Source: Hypanus sabinus
Taxonomy: Eukaryota
NCBI RefSeq assembly: GCF_030144855.1
Contig: NC_082721.1
Location: 82,584,001-82,648,000 of the forward strand
Length of the DNA: 64,000 nt
Direction of reading: 5' to 3'
The position numbers and the translations under genes were made by a program. Shown here piece by piece: positions 1-13,200 of the stretch; positions within the stretch are counted from its first letter, which is position 1; each line of letters opens with the position of its first letter. Under the pieces are notes generated by a model. It was not told the origin of the DNA. It ran no database searches and saw only the letters and a program-made list of their open reading frames with translations.

Positions 1-615
1 AACAGGAAAGATGGAGGAAGAACTGATCTCACTACAAAATGACTTTGAAGTGAAGCCAAGGTTCCAAAGAATCATATCGACTTGATTGCAGAAAGAAATC
101 TCTGAATGATATCCTGCACTGTGGAAAATGATCAATTTGTTCTTTATTGCCTTTCTAACATGTTTAGTGGAGCATTGTTTCAGTACAGTTGCCAACCTTC
201 TTTCAAAGCAGTGAAGCAGATTGCAAATGACTGAACGTAGAGATCTGAGACTTTTCTGAGCGACATTCTGCCTGATGTTGAGAAGCTGATATCACTGCAC
301 CAAACTCGTCTCATTGAAAGGTGAAAAAGCAATGAAGTAACAAACAGTTGGACCACTAATGTACGCTCTAAATCTGTTGATGAAAGTTGTTTTTACTGTA
401 ATTAAATAAGAAACTTTACTTGAAGCTTAAAATAAATTTGAAAAATTTTGCAAATATTTGTCACTGCTTTGAATTTGCAGTTCCTGTTTTCTTTCACTGT
501 ATGCTGTACATAAAAATTCTGTATATTTTTATGTAACAGCCAAAAAGCAGGGGGTGTGTTCCTAAGATGTGGTCTGGCCAAGAGGTCAGTAACCCAGAAA
601 ACATTAGTGAACCAG
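1..615 (+). mobile_element. 3' end of a decayed hAT (Buster/Charlie, SCAND3/ZBED5-like) transposon
   Basis: Positions 1-324 translate, with stops and frameshifts, to ...YPALWKMINLFFIAFLTCLVEHCFSTVANLLSKQ*SRLQMTERRDLRL..LSDILPDVEKLISLHQ, the hAT C-terminal dimerisation region. AT-rich subterminal DNA follows. Confidence 0.75.
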
Positions 616-689
616 AGAAGTTAGTTATCATTCCACATGAGTGACTTGTATCTGGATTTAACAGTAACATAAGAGTTGCATTCTGTAAT

Positions 690-1240
690 TGCCCACCATC
701 TTAACTGAATTTTATAGGAGCACTATTGAGAGTGTCCTGACAAGCTGCATCTCTGTCTGATATGGGAGCAGTTGATCATCAAACCAGAAGCCCCTACAAA
801 GCTCTGAGAATGGCTGAGAGGGTGATGGGGGTCTCCCTACCATCCATCGGGGGCATTTATCAGGAGTGCTGTGTACATAGGGCCCTTAGTGTTATTAACT
901 ATCCAGCTCATCTATCCAGCATCTTCTTGGACTTTCTACCATCAGGCAGGAGACCATGATGCATAAAAACAGGAACGGTCAGGATGGGAAACAGTTTCTT
1001 TCCCCAGGTCATTAATCTTTTGAACTTCCCGCAGCATCAGATTCAAAGTGTTATTGGTTAATCTGTTTTGTATCTTACAATATTTAATTTATGCATTTTA
1101 CATTATGCATAATTCATTTGTAGATTTTTGTCCTTCCTTTCAGAAATTAGTATGTTATGTGTACTGTTGTGCTTATGCCCTGGTTTGGAGAAGCATTCTC
1201 TCACTTAACTATTTTTTTATATCTATATCTATATCATGAC
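690..1240 (+). mobile_element. Rex1/Babar-type LINE 3' fragment
   Basis: ORF 762-959 (KALRMAERVMGVSLPSIGGIYQECCVHRALSVI...FLPSGRR) matches the ORF2 C-terminus of this clade; 3' UTR follows. Confidence 0.7.
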
Positions 1241-1620
1241 AATAGACTTGCATCATGGAGCAATTGAATTGTTTGGTTTGCTAATGTCTTTGGAGAAAAG
1301 CAGTTTGCTTGCTAAGCCTTTAAGTGACTCCAGGGACAGCAGAGGTGAATGTTGTGTAACTGAATAAATTGCTGTCTATGTTGGCAGCAACAATTGCAAC
1401 TCGTCACGCTGAGCACTGGCGTTCCCCCGGGGCTGTGTGTTGCGCCTGCTGCTATTCACGCTGCTGACACATGACTGCACTGGCAGATTGAGTGCAAACT
1501 TGTTAAGGACATTCATGAAAGTTTGAGAAACTTTTAAAGATGGTAGACTTAATATAAGGAGTATTTCAATGTTCTGAAGTCACCTGAAATGACAGTGAAT
1601 GGAAAGAAAGGTGGGACAAG

Positions 1621-2290
1621 TACAAAATGCTGGAGGAACTCAGCAGGACCGGCAGCATCTGTGGAAAAGAGTAAACAGTCAACATTTTGGGCCAACACCC
1701 TTCTTCAGGACTGAGAAGGAAGGGGAGAAGTTGGGGGAGGAAAGAAGGAAGTACAAGATAGCAGGTGATGGGTGCAACTGGGCAGGCAAGGAGATCAGAT
1801 GAAACAAATATTCTGTCTGGGTAACCTTCAACGTGATGGCATGAACAGTGAATTGCCCCCTCCTCACCTTCACCATTTACCCTTTCCTGTTTCTCTCTCT
1901 CTCTCTCACCTCATCTCCCTACCTGCCCATCACCTCCCTATGGTGCTCCTCCCCCTTCCCTTTCTTCCATGGTCTTCAGTCCTCTCCTATCAGATTCCAC
2001 CTTCCCCAGCCCTTTACTATATCCCTTTTGCCAATCAACTTCCTTGCTCTTAACTTCAAACCCTCTCCCTCTCCCGGTTTCCCCTATCACTTACCATCTT
2101 GTACATCTTCCTCCCCTCCTCCTACCTTGTTCAGACTTCTCCCCCTATTCTACCAAACCTGATGAAGGGTTTTGACTCGAAACGTCGACTGTTTACTCTT
2201 TTCCATAGATGCTGCCTGGCCTGCTGAGTTCCTCCAGCACTTTCTGTGTTGCTGCGGATTTCCAGCCTCTTTAGATTTTCTTGTGTTTGT
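1621..2290. mobile_element. Penelope-derived inverted pair (two terminal-repeat fragments, 3' ends pointing outward)
   Basis: 1621-1715 (TGCTGGAGGAACTCAGCAGG..GCAGCATCTGTGGAAAAGAGTAAACAGTC) is the reverse complement of ~2160-2250; the purine-rich and pyrimidine-rich halves meet near 1870. Confidence 0.75.
2159..2191 (+). ncRNA. Minimal type I hammerhead ribozyme motif (core intact, helix I 5' strand degenerate)
   Basis: CTGATGA-AGGGT-TTTG-ACTC-GAAA-C-GTC-GACTG. Confidence 0.5.
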
Positions 2291-2352
2291 CACAAGTATA
2301 ATCTAGATTTGTAATTTGAATGAATTTTGTTAACATGATTCTCCTTTGACAG

Positions 2353-2664
2353 ATCGAAACTTAAGCATTGTTCAACCTCCTGAAGTGCTGGAAGTTAACA
2401 AATCATATCAGCTGGAGTGCACTGGCCCGAAGGTCTATCCACAGAACAGACTCGTACTCACCTGGCTCAGAGGGAGTGAGGTTGTTCAACGTAATTCCAC
2501 AGAGGACCCAGGTCTCCCGGATGATGGTCCATTGAAGAATGTCCTTAATTTCATTGCAAATATTTCTGACGATGGAATGGTGTACACCTGCTTGGCAGAT
2601 TTGATCTTGGGCTCTAATACGACCACATGGATCGCAAATGCCTCTGTGACTCTGCAAACGTACT
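2353..2664 (+). CDS. ICAM/VCAM-family gene A, Ig exon (ICAM D2-like); 5' exons lie upstream of the window
   Basis: Acceptor TTTGACAG|AT, donor T|GTGAGT, 312 nt, phase 1-1. Peptide DRNLSIVQPPEVLEVNKSYQLECTGPKVYPQNRLVLTWLRG...YTCLADL has Ig C/W/C and resembles ICAM/VCAM D2. Confidence 0.92.
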
Positions 2665-4194
2665 GTGAGTTCCATTTTGAAATCGATCTCCCCCCCCCCC
2701 CCCCCACTCCCCACATTGGTTAAGAATTGGCAAAAATAAGCAATGAGTGGCCCTGTTTTAAAAACTTTCACATTCCTTGTTTTATCTGTTCAGCAAAAAT
2801 TATTTATCTTGAACTAAGACTGAAAGTTTACAACTTCAGGGCATCATGGAAGTGGAAGAGATTATTTGGCTGCAGATCACTGAAACAATTCCAAACTCCT
2901 GCAAATTCGGCACTTTTACCCGATACTCCTGTGTCCCTCTTGGTGGTCAGTGCAGGTGGTGGGTATTGGATAGAGTCATAGAAAAGTACAGTCCATCTAG
3001 TCTGTGCGGAACCATTTAATCTACCTACTCCCATCAAACTGCATCAGCGCCATAGCCCTCCATACCCCTACCATCCAGGTACCTATCCTAACTTTTCTTA
3101 AGTGTTGAAATTGACCACTTGCACTGGCAGCTCATTCCACACTCTCTCAGCCATTTGAATAAACTAGTTTCCCCCGGTGTTCCCTTTAAACTTTTCACCT
3201 TTCACCCTTAATCCATCACCTCTGGTTGTAGTCCCACCCAACCTCAGTGCAAAAAGCCTGCTAGCATTTATCCTATCTCTACCCCTCATAATTTTGTATG
3301 ACTCTATGAAATCTCTTCAATCTTCTACATTCCAAGGAATAAAATCCAAACATATTCAATCTTTCCACATAACTCAGGTCCTGCAGTCCAGGGGAAAATC
3401 CTTGTAAATTTTATCTGCACTTTTTCAACCTTATTTACATCTTTCCAATGGGTAGGTGACCAGAATTGTACACAATACTCATACTCCAAATTAGGCCTCA
3501 CAAATGCCTTACGAAACTTCAACATAACATCCCATCTCCTGTACGCAATACTTGGATTTATGAAGGTAAATGTCCCAAAAGATTTCTTTATGACCCTTCT
3601 TTAGGGATCAGTCCTTCTCTTGGGCCAGTATGGGTGGAACAAAACAGATTGAAAGACTACAACACGGAATAGGTCCTCCTGGTTCTTCGAGTCACACTGC
3701 CCACCAATCCACCATTTTAACCCGAGCCTAATCGCTGGACAATTTACAATGATCAGTTAACGCAACAACCAGTACATCTTTGGACTGTGGGAGGTAACCC
3801 ACAAGGTCACGGAAAACGTATAAACTCCTTACAGGCAGCATCGGGAATTGAACATGGATCACCTGCACTGTGAAGCGTTGTGCTAACCACTACACTACCA
3901 TGCCACCCCAAACTAGCCACTCATTGAGATCACACACTTGATAAGTCAGTGAGTTTACTCCTGTATCACTGCCCACGGGAGGAGCAAAGAGTTAGATCTT
4001 TGGGATGCCTAAAGAGCAGGAGAAGTTCAGAGAAAGGGCAAAGTGTGGAAACTGCTGATACTGATGTGGGTTTGATGAACTCCTGGTTGTGTACAGAGGC
4101 TTGTACAGGTTTGGTCAGTTTTGCATCATTTCATCAGTGTGTGAAACATGCCAAGGCAAACCAATGTGCAGTGAATTTCTTGTGTGTATTGCAG

Positions 4195-4488
4195 CTTTTC
4201 CAGAGCCGCCGAGGATCCTCAACAGAGACCCTGTAGAAGTAAATCAGAAGACCACATTGACATGTGAGGTCTCAAACATCTACCCTGCCGAGAAGGTGAG
4301 ATTAAGGTGGTTTCAGGATGGTGAGGAATGGAATTCAATTCCCAGTAGATCAGATTCCACCACAGTCCAGGCAACAGCTACATGGACACCACGAGAGAGC
4401 GGTGAGACTGAACTCAAATGCACGGCAGATTTTGAGGACTATCCATCAGTTTCATCAAAGAATGATAGCATCACCATTGACATGTACG
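4195..4488 (+). CDS. ICAM/VCAM-family gene A, Ig exon (D3-like)
   Basis: Acceptor TATTGCAG|CT, donor G|GTGAGT, 294 nt, phase 1-1. Peptide SFPEPPRILNRDPVEVNQKTTLTCEVSNIYPAEKVRLRW...LKCTADF. Confidence 0.9.
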
Positions 4489-6096
4489 GTGAGTATGCTG
4501 GATAATTGAGAACTTTGACTAAACAGTTATCTTTCAGAGTTTCTCACCTGCTCCAAGACAGTCAATCAGGCAGTAACACAGAGCAGATTTTCAGTTAATC
4601 AGTATTGGAAACAGAAATCAATAGAATTACAGGGGAAAAAGGAAGGGAGGGAGTTGAGGGAGTTTGATGTTATTGTTCCTGTTTTTCTGTGAGGGAGCGC
4701 GTTGGGGGAGTTGGGGCTTGTTCTAGCTGCCGTTTTGTTAGTTTTGTTAAATTGTTAGTTTTTGTGCAAGGGAGGGGGTGGGAGTGTTTGCCATTTTTGT
4801 TTCTTTTCCTTTTGCATGTGGGGGGGGGGGTGTGTGGTGGTCAATGTCTTTCAACAACCCCCACAATTTTTCTGAATGTCATGGCTGTCTGGAGAAGACG
4901 AATATCAGAGTTGTATTGTGAATACAAACTTTGACAATAAAATGAACCCTTGAAGCAGATGTAGTTATTTAGCCGAGGGTTTATTAATGGAGCGGGTTCA
5001 ATGGAGCATGTGACTAAGCCTGGCCATTAATCAGAATCCGGTTCAACACCATTGGCATATGTCATGAAATTTATAGTTTTGCAGCAGCAGTACAATATCA
5101 AGCAGAATAACAAGAACAAATTATATATTACAAAAAGATGTACATATCTATATAGTATTGCAAAAAGAGAGGTAAAAACAAATATTGAGGTAGTGTACAC
5201 CCATTCAGAAATTTGTGTACCAGGATAAAATCCTGTTGCAGAAGCAGCGACCGGCAATTGAATTTGTCAGAGATAGAAACTGAATGTGGGGTCAAAAGCC
5301 GCCAGCAAACGGATCATTAGATAGAAGACAGAAGTTTGCAGCAAAGTTAAATCAGAGTCAAGTTTATTATTATTGACATGTGAATTTTTTGATTTGTGGC
5401 AGCAGTACAGCACAACACATAAAATCTATAGGTTGCATTTAGATATTGTGTGTATTATACACACTGCATATCTAATCGCAATTTATAGTTTACTTTATTT
5501 TTTTATTTTTATTTTATAAAAATATACACACACATTCTTATATATAGTCAGTAAAATATACTCCACACAAGCTCTCACCCTCACAATATACCAAAGTACT
5601 TCATACCCAAGGTGCAATACATAAACTGTAAGTTGCAATTAGACACAGGTGTGTGGAGACACACCATTGCTTTGAAGCAAAGTGCCATCTGTAATGACTG
5701 AGAAACCACTGACTGGTTACTTGCCAAGCCAACCCTGTTGTGGTGGCGAATGACAGCTTTACCAGGATTGCTCAGACTTAAAAAGACATTGTAAATAAGT
5801 GTGTGTTGCGTGTGTTGCGTGTGTTGCAAAGTTCCACTCCGCAGGATGCTCTGAACCAATGTGTCATTTGCTTTGATGAGATTGGGTCAGGAGTGAATGA
5901 CGCTGGGAACTGTGGGAGGGGATTTTGATAATTCCCACAGCACCTTCTTTGGCCTCTGGACACACAGTGAGGTTGGTGGGTGCTGTACCACAAACAGACT
6001 TCAACAGAGTCGCATTGGCTACCTCAGTCTAGTGGCGCAGAAGGGCTGCAGAACTCACTTTGAGGAAGTTTCTAACAATGTTTTCTGTTGTTACAG

Positions 6097-6378
6097 TTTT
6101 CTCCAACCCTGAATTCCACATCCCGAACACCACTGAGGGTATTCCGGTGAATATTACCTGCAGTGTGTTTAACGTCTCAGGGGAATTTCAACTCAGACTG
6201 AAGAAGGGAAGTGAGTTATTAGTGAACAGGTCAGCCAGTACTGAGCTGACTATCAACCACACTGAGAATCCACGAGCAAAGCTGAATGGACAGCAGTTCA
6301 CCTGTGAGGCCGAGCTGACACTTCACCATCACTCCAACACCATTGTTAAACGACAGTCCACCAATCTCACTGTCTGGT
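6097..6378 (+). CDS. ICAM/VCAM-family gene A, Ig exon (D4-like)
   Basis: Acceptor GTTACAG|TT, donor T|GTAAGT, 282 nt, phase 1-1. Peptide VFSNPEFHIPNTTEGIPVNITC...QFTCEAEL...TNLTVW. Confidence 0.9.
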
Positions 6379-6504
6379 GTAAGTGATCTGATTATTGACA
6401 CTAAAGGCTGTTGAGTTATTTATTTCAAATGCAGATGAATGAACAACCAGCTCTCCTCCCATTCCATGCAGAACTCCTCAAACTACGGGAGAGTCCTGCA
6501 GTCT

Positions 6505-6620
6505 TCCCCCTTCCTTTCTGGTGCTGAAGAAGGGTCTCGCCCTGAAATGTCATTTCCATAGATGCTGCCTGACCTGCTGAGTCCCTCTAGCATTGTGTGT
6601 GTGTTGCTTTGGGAGTGTTT
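6505..6620 (+). mobile_element. Penelope-derived terminal fragment with degenerate hammerhead motif
   Basis: CTGAAGAAGGGTCTCGCCCTGAAATGTC followed by CATAGATGCTGCCTGACCTGCTGAG. Confidence 0.6.
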
Positions 6621-6689
6621 GACTGGATCAATCATCTCTCTTATTTTAATGCATCAGTACTGTGGAGACGCATGGGGCCATTGTACATT

Positions 6690-9600
6690 AGTTTCCTTAA
6701 TAGAAACAGAGAAAACGTACAGCACAATACAGACCCTTCAGCCCACAAAGCTGTGCCAAATGTGTCCTTACTTTAGAACTGCCTAAGCTTACCCATAGCC
6801 TTCCATTTTCCTAAGCTCCATGTATCCATCCAGGAGACTCTTAAAAGACCCAATCATTTCCACCTCCGCCACCACCGCCGGCAGCCTATTCCACGCACTC
6901 ACCACTCTCTGCGTTTTTTTTTTCAAAAAAAAAAACTTACCCCTGACGTCTCCTCTGTACCTATTTCCAAGCTCCTTAAAACTATGCCCTCTTGCGCTAG
7001 CTATTTCAGCCCTCGGGAAAAAGCCTCTGACTATCCACACGATCAATGCCTCTCATCATCTTGTACAGCTCTATCAGGTCACCTCTCATCCTCCGTCGCT
7101 CCAAGGAGAAAAGGCCGAGTTCACTCAACTTATTCTCATAAGGCATGCTCCCCAATCCAGGCAACATCCTTGTAAATCTCCTTTGCACCCTTTCTATGGT
7201 TTTCATGTCTTTCCTGTGGTGAGGCGACCAGAATTGAACACAGTACTCCAAGTAGGATCTGACAAGGGTCCTATATAGCTGCAATGTTACCTCTCGGCTA
7301 TTAATCCCATGATTGATGAACGCCAATGCTCTGTATGCCTTAACCACAGTCAACCTGTGTAGCACCTTTGGGTGTCCTATGGACTTGGACCCCAAGATCC
7401 CTCTGATCCTCCACACTGTTGATAATCTTACCACTAATGCTATATTCTGCCAGCATACTTGACCTACCAAAATGAACCACTTCACACTTATCTAGGTTGA
7501 ACTCATCTGCCACTTCTCAGCCCAGTTTTGCATCCTATCAATGTCCCATTGTAACCTCCGACAGCCCTCCACACTGTCCACAACAAACCTAACCTTTGTG
7601 TATCAGCAATTTTACTAACCCATCCCTCCACATCCTCATCCAGGTCATTTATAAAAATCACAAAGAGTAGGGGTCCCAGAACAGATCCCTGAGACACACC
7701 ATTGATCACTGACCTCCATGCAGAATCTGACCTGTCTACAACCACTCTTTTTGCCTGCTGTGGGCAAGCCAGTTCTGGATCTACAAAGCAATGTCCCCTT
7801 GGATCCCATGCCTCTTTACTTTCTCAATAAGCCTTGCATGGGGTACCTTGTCAAATGCCTTGCTGAAATCTATATACAGTACATCTACAGCTCTACCCTC
7901 ATCAATGTCACATCTTCAAAAAATTCAATCAGTCTCCTAAGGCACAACCTCCCTTTACAAAGCCATGCAAACTATTTCTAATCATATTATGCCTCTCCAA
8001 ATGTTCATAAATCCTGCTTCTCAGGATCTTCTCCATCAACTTACCAACCACTGGAGTAAGACTCACCGGTCTATAATTTCCTGGGCTATCCCTACTCCAT
8101 TCCTGGGCTTTCTCCTACAGCATTCGCAACCCTCTAATGCTCCAGAACCTCTCCTGTTCTCACTGACAATGCAAAGATAATTTCCAGTGGCTCAGAATCT
8201 TCTCCCTTGCTTCCCACAGTAGCCTGGTGTACATCCCATCTGGTCCCAGTGAATTATCCAATTTGATGCTTTTCAAAAGCTCCAGCATATCCTTTTCCTT
8301 AATATCTACATGCTGAAGCTTCAGTCCGCTGCAAGTTATCCCTACAATAGCCAAGATCCTTTTCCGTAGTGAATGCTGAAGCAAAGTGTTCATTAAGTTC
8401 CTCTGCCATCTCCTGCAGTTACATTCACACTTTTCTACTGTCACACTTGATTGGTCCTATTCTCTCACGTCTTCTCCTCTTGCTCTTCACATATTTGTAG
8501 AGTGCCGCACGGTTTTCCTTAATCCTGCCTGCCAAGGCCTTCTCATGGCCTCTTCTGGCTGTCCTAATTTCATTCTTAAGATTCTTCCTGCTTAGCTTAT
8601 AATCTTCTAGATCTCTATCACTACCTAGTTTTTTGAACCTTTCGTAAGCTCTTCTGTTCTTCTTGACTAGATTTACAACAGCCTTTGTACACCTTGGTTC
8701 TTGTACCTTACCATCCTTTTCCTGTCTCATTGGAACGTACCTATGCAGAACCCCATACAAATATCCCCTGAATATTTGCCTCATTTCTTCTGTATGTTTC
8801 CCTGAGAATATCTGTTTGCAATTTATGCTTCCAAGTTCCTGCCTGATAGCCTCATATTTCTCCTTACTCCAATTAAATATTACCCTAACTTGTCTGTTCC
8901 TATCCCTCTCCAATGGTATGGTAAAGGAGATAGAATTGTGTTCACTATCTCCAAAACACTGTCCCACTGAGGGACCTGACACCTGACCAGATTCATTTCC
9001 CGATAACAGATCAAGTACAGCCTCTCCTCTTGTAGGTTTATCTACATATTGTGTCAAGAAACCTACAAACTCCACCCTCATCTAAACCCCTCGCTCTAGG
9101 AAGATGCCAATCAATATTTGGGAAATTAAAATCTCCGACCACAACAACCCTGTTATTATTACTCCTTTCCAGAATTTGTCTCCCTATCTATTCCTTGATG
9201 TCCCTGTTACTATTGGGTGGTCTATAAAAGACACCCAGTTGAGTTATTGACCCCTTGCTGTTCCTAATTTCCACCCACAGAGACTCCGTAGACAAACCCT
9301 CCATGACTTCCTCCTTTTCTGCAGCTGTGACACTATCTCTGATCAACAGTACCACGCCCCCACCTCTTTTGCCTCCCTCCCTGTCCTTTCTGAAACATCT
9401 AAAACCTGGCACTTGAAGTAGCCATTCAAGTAGCCCTGCACTATCCAAGTCTCTGTAATGGCCACAACATCATAGCCCCAAGTGCTGATCCACACTCTAA
9501 GCTCATCTGTTTTATTCATAATATTCCTCGCATTAAAGTAGACACATCTCAAACCATCCGTCTGTATGCGTCCCTTCTCTATCACCTGCTTATCCTCCCT

Positions 9601-10290
9601 CTCGCACTGTCTCCAAGCTTTCTCTATTTGTAAGCCAACCTCCTTTTCCTCCATCTCTTCAGTTTGGTTCCCACCCCCCAGCAATTCTAGTTTAAACTCT
9701 CCCCAATAGCCTTTGCAAATCTCCCCACCAGGATGTTGGTCCCCTGGGATTCAAGTGCAACCCATCCTTTTTGTACAGGTCGCACCTGCTCCAGAAGAGT
9801 GCCCAATGATCCAGAAATCTGAATCTCTGCCCCTTGCCCCAATCCCTCAGCCACGCATTTATCCTGCACCTCATTCTATTCCTATGAACACTGTCACATG
9901 GCACAGGCAGTAATCCCGAGATTACCACCTTTTGAGGTCCTGCTTCTCAACTTCTTTCCTAACTCCCTGTAATTTGTTTCAGGACCTCCTCCCTTTTCCT
10001 ACCTATGTTGTTGGTGCCAATATATACCATGACCTCTGGCTGTTCTCCTTCCCACTTCAGGATATTGTGGACGTGATCAGAAACATCCCGGACCCTGGCA
10101 CCAGGGAGGCAAACTACCATCCGAGTTTCTTTCCTGAGTCCACAGAATCGTCTGTCTGACCCCCTAACTATAGAGTCCCCCATCACACAGCCTTCCTCTT
10201 CCTTTCCCTACCCTTCTGAGTCACAGGGTCAGACTCTGTGCCAGAGGTGTGACCACTGTTGCTTCCCCCAGGTAGGCCATACAATGGGGA
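6690..10290 (-). mobile_element. Near full-length decayed CR1 LINE (ORF1 SGNH esterase + ORF2 endonuclease/RT)
   Basis: Collinear fragments: 9692-10186 GDSIVRG..CLPGARVRD..IGTNNIG (ORF1 esterase); 9188-9684 YFNARNI/GGGV/FYRPP (APE endonuclease); 8160-9081 linker; 7503-7745 SQGSVLGP..IADT; 7006-7485 C-terminus. 3' UTR near 6700. Confidence 0.9.
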
Positions 10291-13200
10291 ACAGTATTCT
10301 CTGTCCACACACAGCATGGTCCCAATGCTGACATGACCGTTTGTGGGACGGGGGATAAGGTGAATGGCAGAGTGAAGACTTCAAGCTGTGCAAGGTCGTT
10401 TTTTTTTGTTACAAAGAGAGTGGTAGCTTCCTGGAATGTGCTCACAAAAGCAGATGTGATTGAACTTTTAAGAGTATTTAGACATGCAGACCTTGTGTCA
10501 ATATGACAAATAATAAGGGAACACATCTGACATCAGTGTTGGGATGGGAATCTGGGGTTTGGATGGACAAGGGATGATTTGGGAGAATCAGTAGGGCTCT
10601 GTGAGTAGCAAATCTTGTCTGACAAATCGGTTAGAGTTTTTTGAAGAGGGGACCATGAGGATGGTGGTCAGGAGGGACAAGGCAGAGATGGTTAACTGGA
10701 TTCACAAATGGTTTGCCAGTCGGGAGCAGAGGGGAATGGTGGAAACCTGTTTCTTGGGCTGAAGACCTGTGATTAATGGTATCCCGCAGAGACTGCTACT
10801 GGCATCTTTGTTGTTCGGTATTTATACAAGTAGAAACTATTTGGGTGTGAATGTACCAGGCCTGAGTTTGCAGATGGTACCAATGGTATTGTAGGCAGTA
10901 AATACAGTTATCAGTAACTGCAGTGGCATCCTGGTTATTGAAGAGTGGGCCGAGGGCTGGCCAATGGTGTTCAATCCTGATCCGTTTGAGGGTGGGACTC
11001 TCACAATGAATGGAACCACCCTGGCAAGTGCAGTGGAACAAGTATTGAACAGGCAGGGACTGCCAAAGAGTCACCTTCATAGACATAGATACATAGTCAC
11101 ATGTGAGTAATTGGGTGGTGTAGGATCGTAGACCCTGAAAGGCCTGTAACCGTACTATATCTCTAAATAAAATAAAAATTATATCCTTGAATCGTTACAA
11201 TGAGGCCACTCAGCCCATCAAGACCTTCCCTGCTCTTTGCAAATTAATCCATTTAGCCCCATTGCCCTTGCACTCTACTTTCCCTCGACCCCATCCTTCA
11301 GCCTGATTGATTCCATTCCCCTCAGCCCTCAGGAGGAGAGTTCCACATCAGAAACACTCCACATGAACGAGTTCCACTCAACTCCCCACGGTTGCCTGGG
11401 ACTCTGACTCGAAGGACTTTGAACCATCCACTGACAGGGTCACCTGATCACTATTTGCTCCGTCTAAACCCGAACCAAGTGAAATCATCTTCAGTTCAAT
11501 TCAAGTTTAATTGTCATTCAACCATAGATGAATCCAGGCAAAGGAGAGAGTGTTAATAATGGGGTCAAGGTGCTAAAACACATTACAGACAGTCACACAC
11601 AAGAACACATTCACGGAATAAGAGAGTCCAGGTTTGCCTGCTACACTCCCCCCATCCCACCCGGAAACACCACGACTTGATGCCCAGTTCTTGCACGTTC
11701 AAATCGATAAATCCATATAGATCATCAGTAAATTATGACGACACAGATTATGCATGTATATAGTCCAGCCCCCCAGTCACTGTGATCATCTCTCGACTGG
11801 CCCCGATGCCCAATGTCTGCTAGGCGATACCGTGGCGTAGAGGCCCAGTCCTCACAGATACAGGAATATAATGAATAGTAATAAAGAGACAAGCAGACAA
11901 ATCTAAATGCATATAGTCCAGACCCCTCAGTTCAAATGGAATCTTCAATCAACCACTACAGCGCTATACTGCCCGCGGTAGAGCATGACGGCTCAGATGC
12001 CTCACCCCCAGTGGCTTGAGTCCCAAGTCCACTCATTGCCTCCTCTCTGACTCCCAGTGGCCTCTGACCCCCTTCCCATGCCCCCGTCTGAACTCCCCCT
12101 CATGCCCTTCCTCGGCTTCCCTGTGTCCTCTCTGAATTCCCACACACAAGCCCTCTTTGCTTTCCACCTCCCGTGCCCCCTCTGTGACCCCCCCCACCTC
12201 CAAAGCCTCTATTTCCTGATTTCTCCTACCCCTCACCCTTCCCAATGAAAATGTTGTATACTTTGTTTTGCTGATTAGTTTCTTTGGAGCCGGCGACACT
12301 GACATGGCCACGTCAGTTTCTGATTTCCCTTACGCCACTGCTAAGCTTCTCTCGTGAACTAACGCCGTCGGTCTGGTGAAGGTATTTGTGCAAAGCTTTT
12401 GGTGACTCAGTAACCGGTGAACAACTGGAATAAACAGTATTCCCACTTCAGGGAGCAAACACCAAATGATTGTGTTGGTTTTGTTCTGCTCTTTGTCAGT
12501 GGAGTGTACCTGGACAGCTTTCCACGTTGTGATCCTGTAACCCACTGAAACATTTTGTCTCGAGGTTTCCTGTCACCTGGCCAGCCTGTTAACAAAGGCC
12601 AACATAACTCTGTCCTTCGTAGGTTCCCTTTTGAATCCCAAGTTCCCCTCTTCTGTGACAACTGGTTTTGTAACGTCACAAACTAGAGAAACGCGCCTAA
12701 TGTTCCCACGCATCTCAGACATGTGCCCTCGTGTTCAAAGTAAATTTACTGTCAGAGTTCATACACGTCACCACATAGAACCCTGAGATTCATTAACCAC
12801 TGGGCATCCTCAGCAAATCCACAGAATAGTAACTAGAACAGGATCAATGAGAGATCAGAAGGCAGTAAACTGCAAATACAAATTGAAATAAATAGCAATA
12901 AATAACCAGAACATGAGATAATAGTTGTGATTTTATACACCTTTATAAGATCAGTCTCACACACTCCGGATAATACAGTCCGAGCCTGTCCGACATGTCC
13001 CTGTGACTCAGTTCAACAGGACTTTTCAAGGAGTAAACAAAGAGGTGGGGGAAGCACTGGGACAATTCAGAAACAAAAACACAATGTTGGCAACACACAA
13101 GTCGGGCCAAGTTAACACTTCAGATCGATGACTCTTAGTCAGGCACTTTTGGGGACCTCAGGTTGGCTAATGCTGGATGTTCCAGAGAGTATGGAGTGGG

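Noticed and set aside
2689-2705. Poly-C tract and proline-rich extension (PPPPPTP) of the first exon ORF
   Set aside because: It lies downstream of the GT donor, so it is an intronic homopolymer rather than coding sequence.
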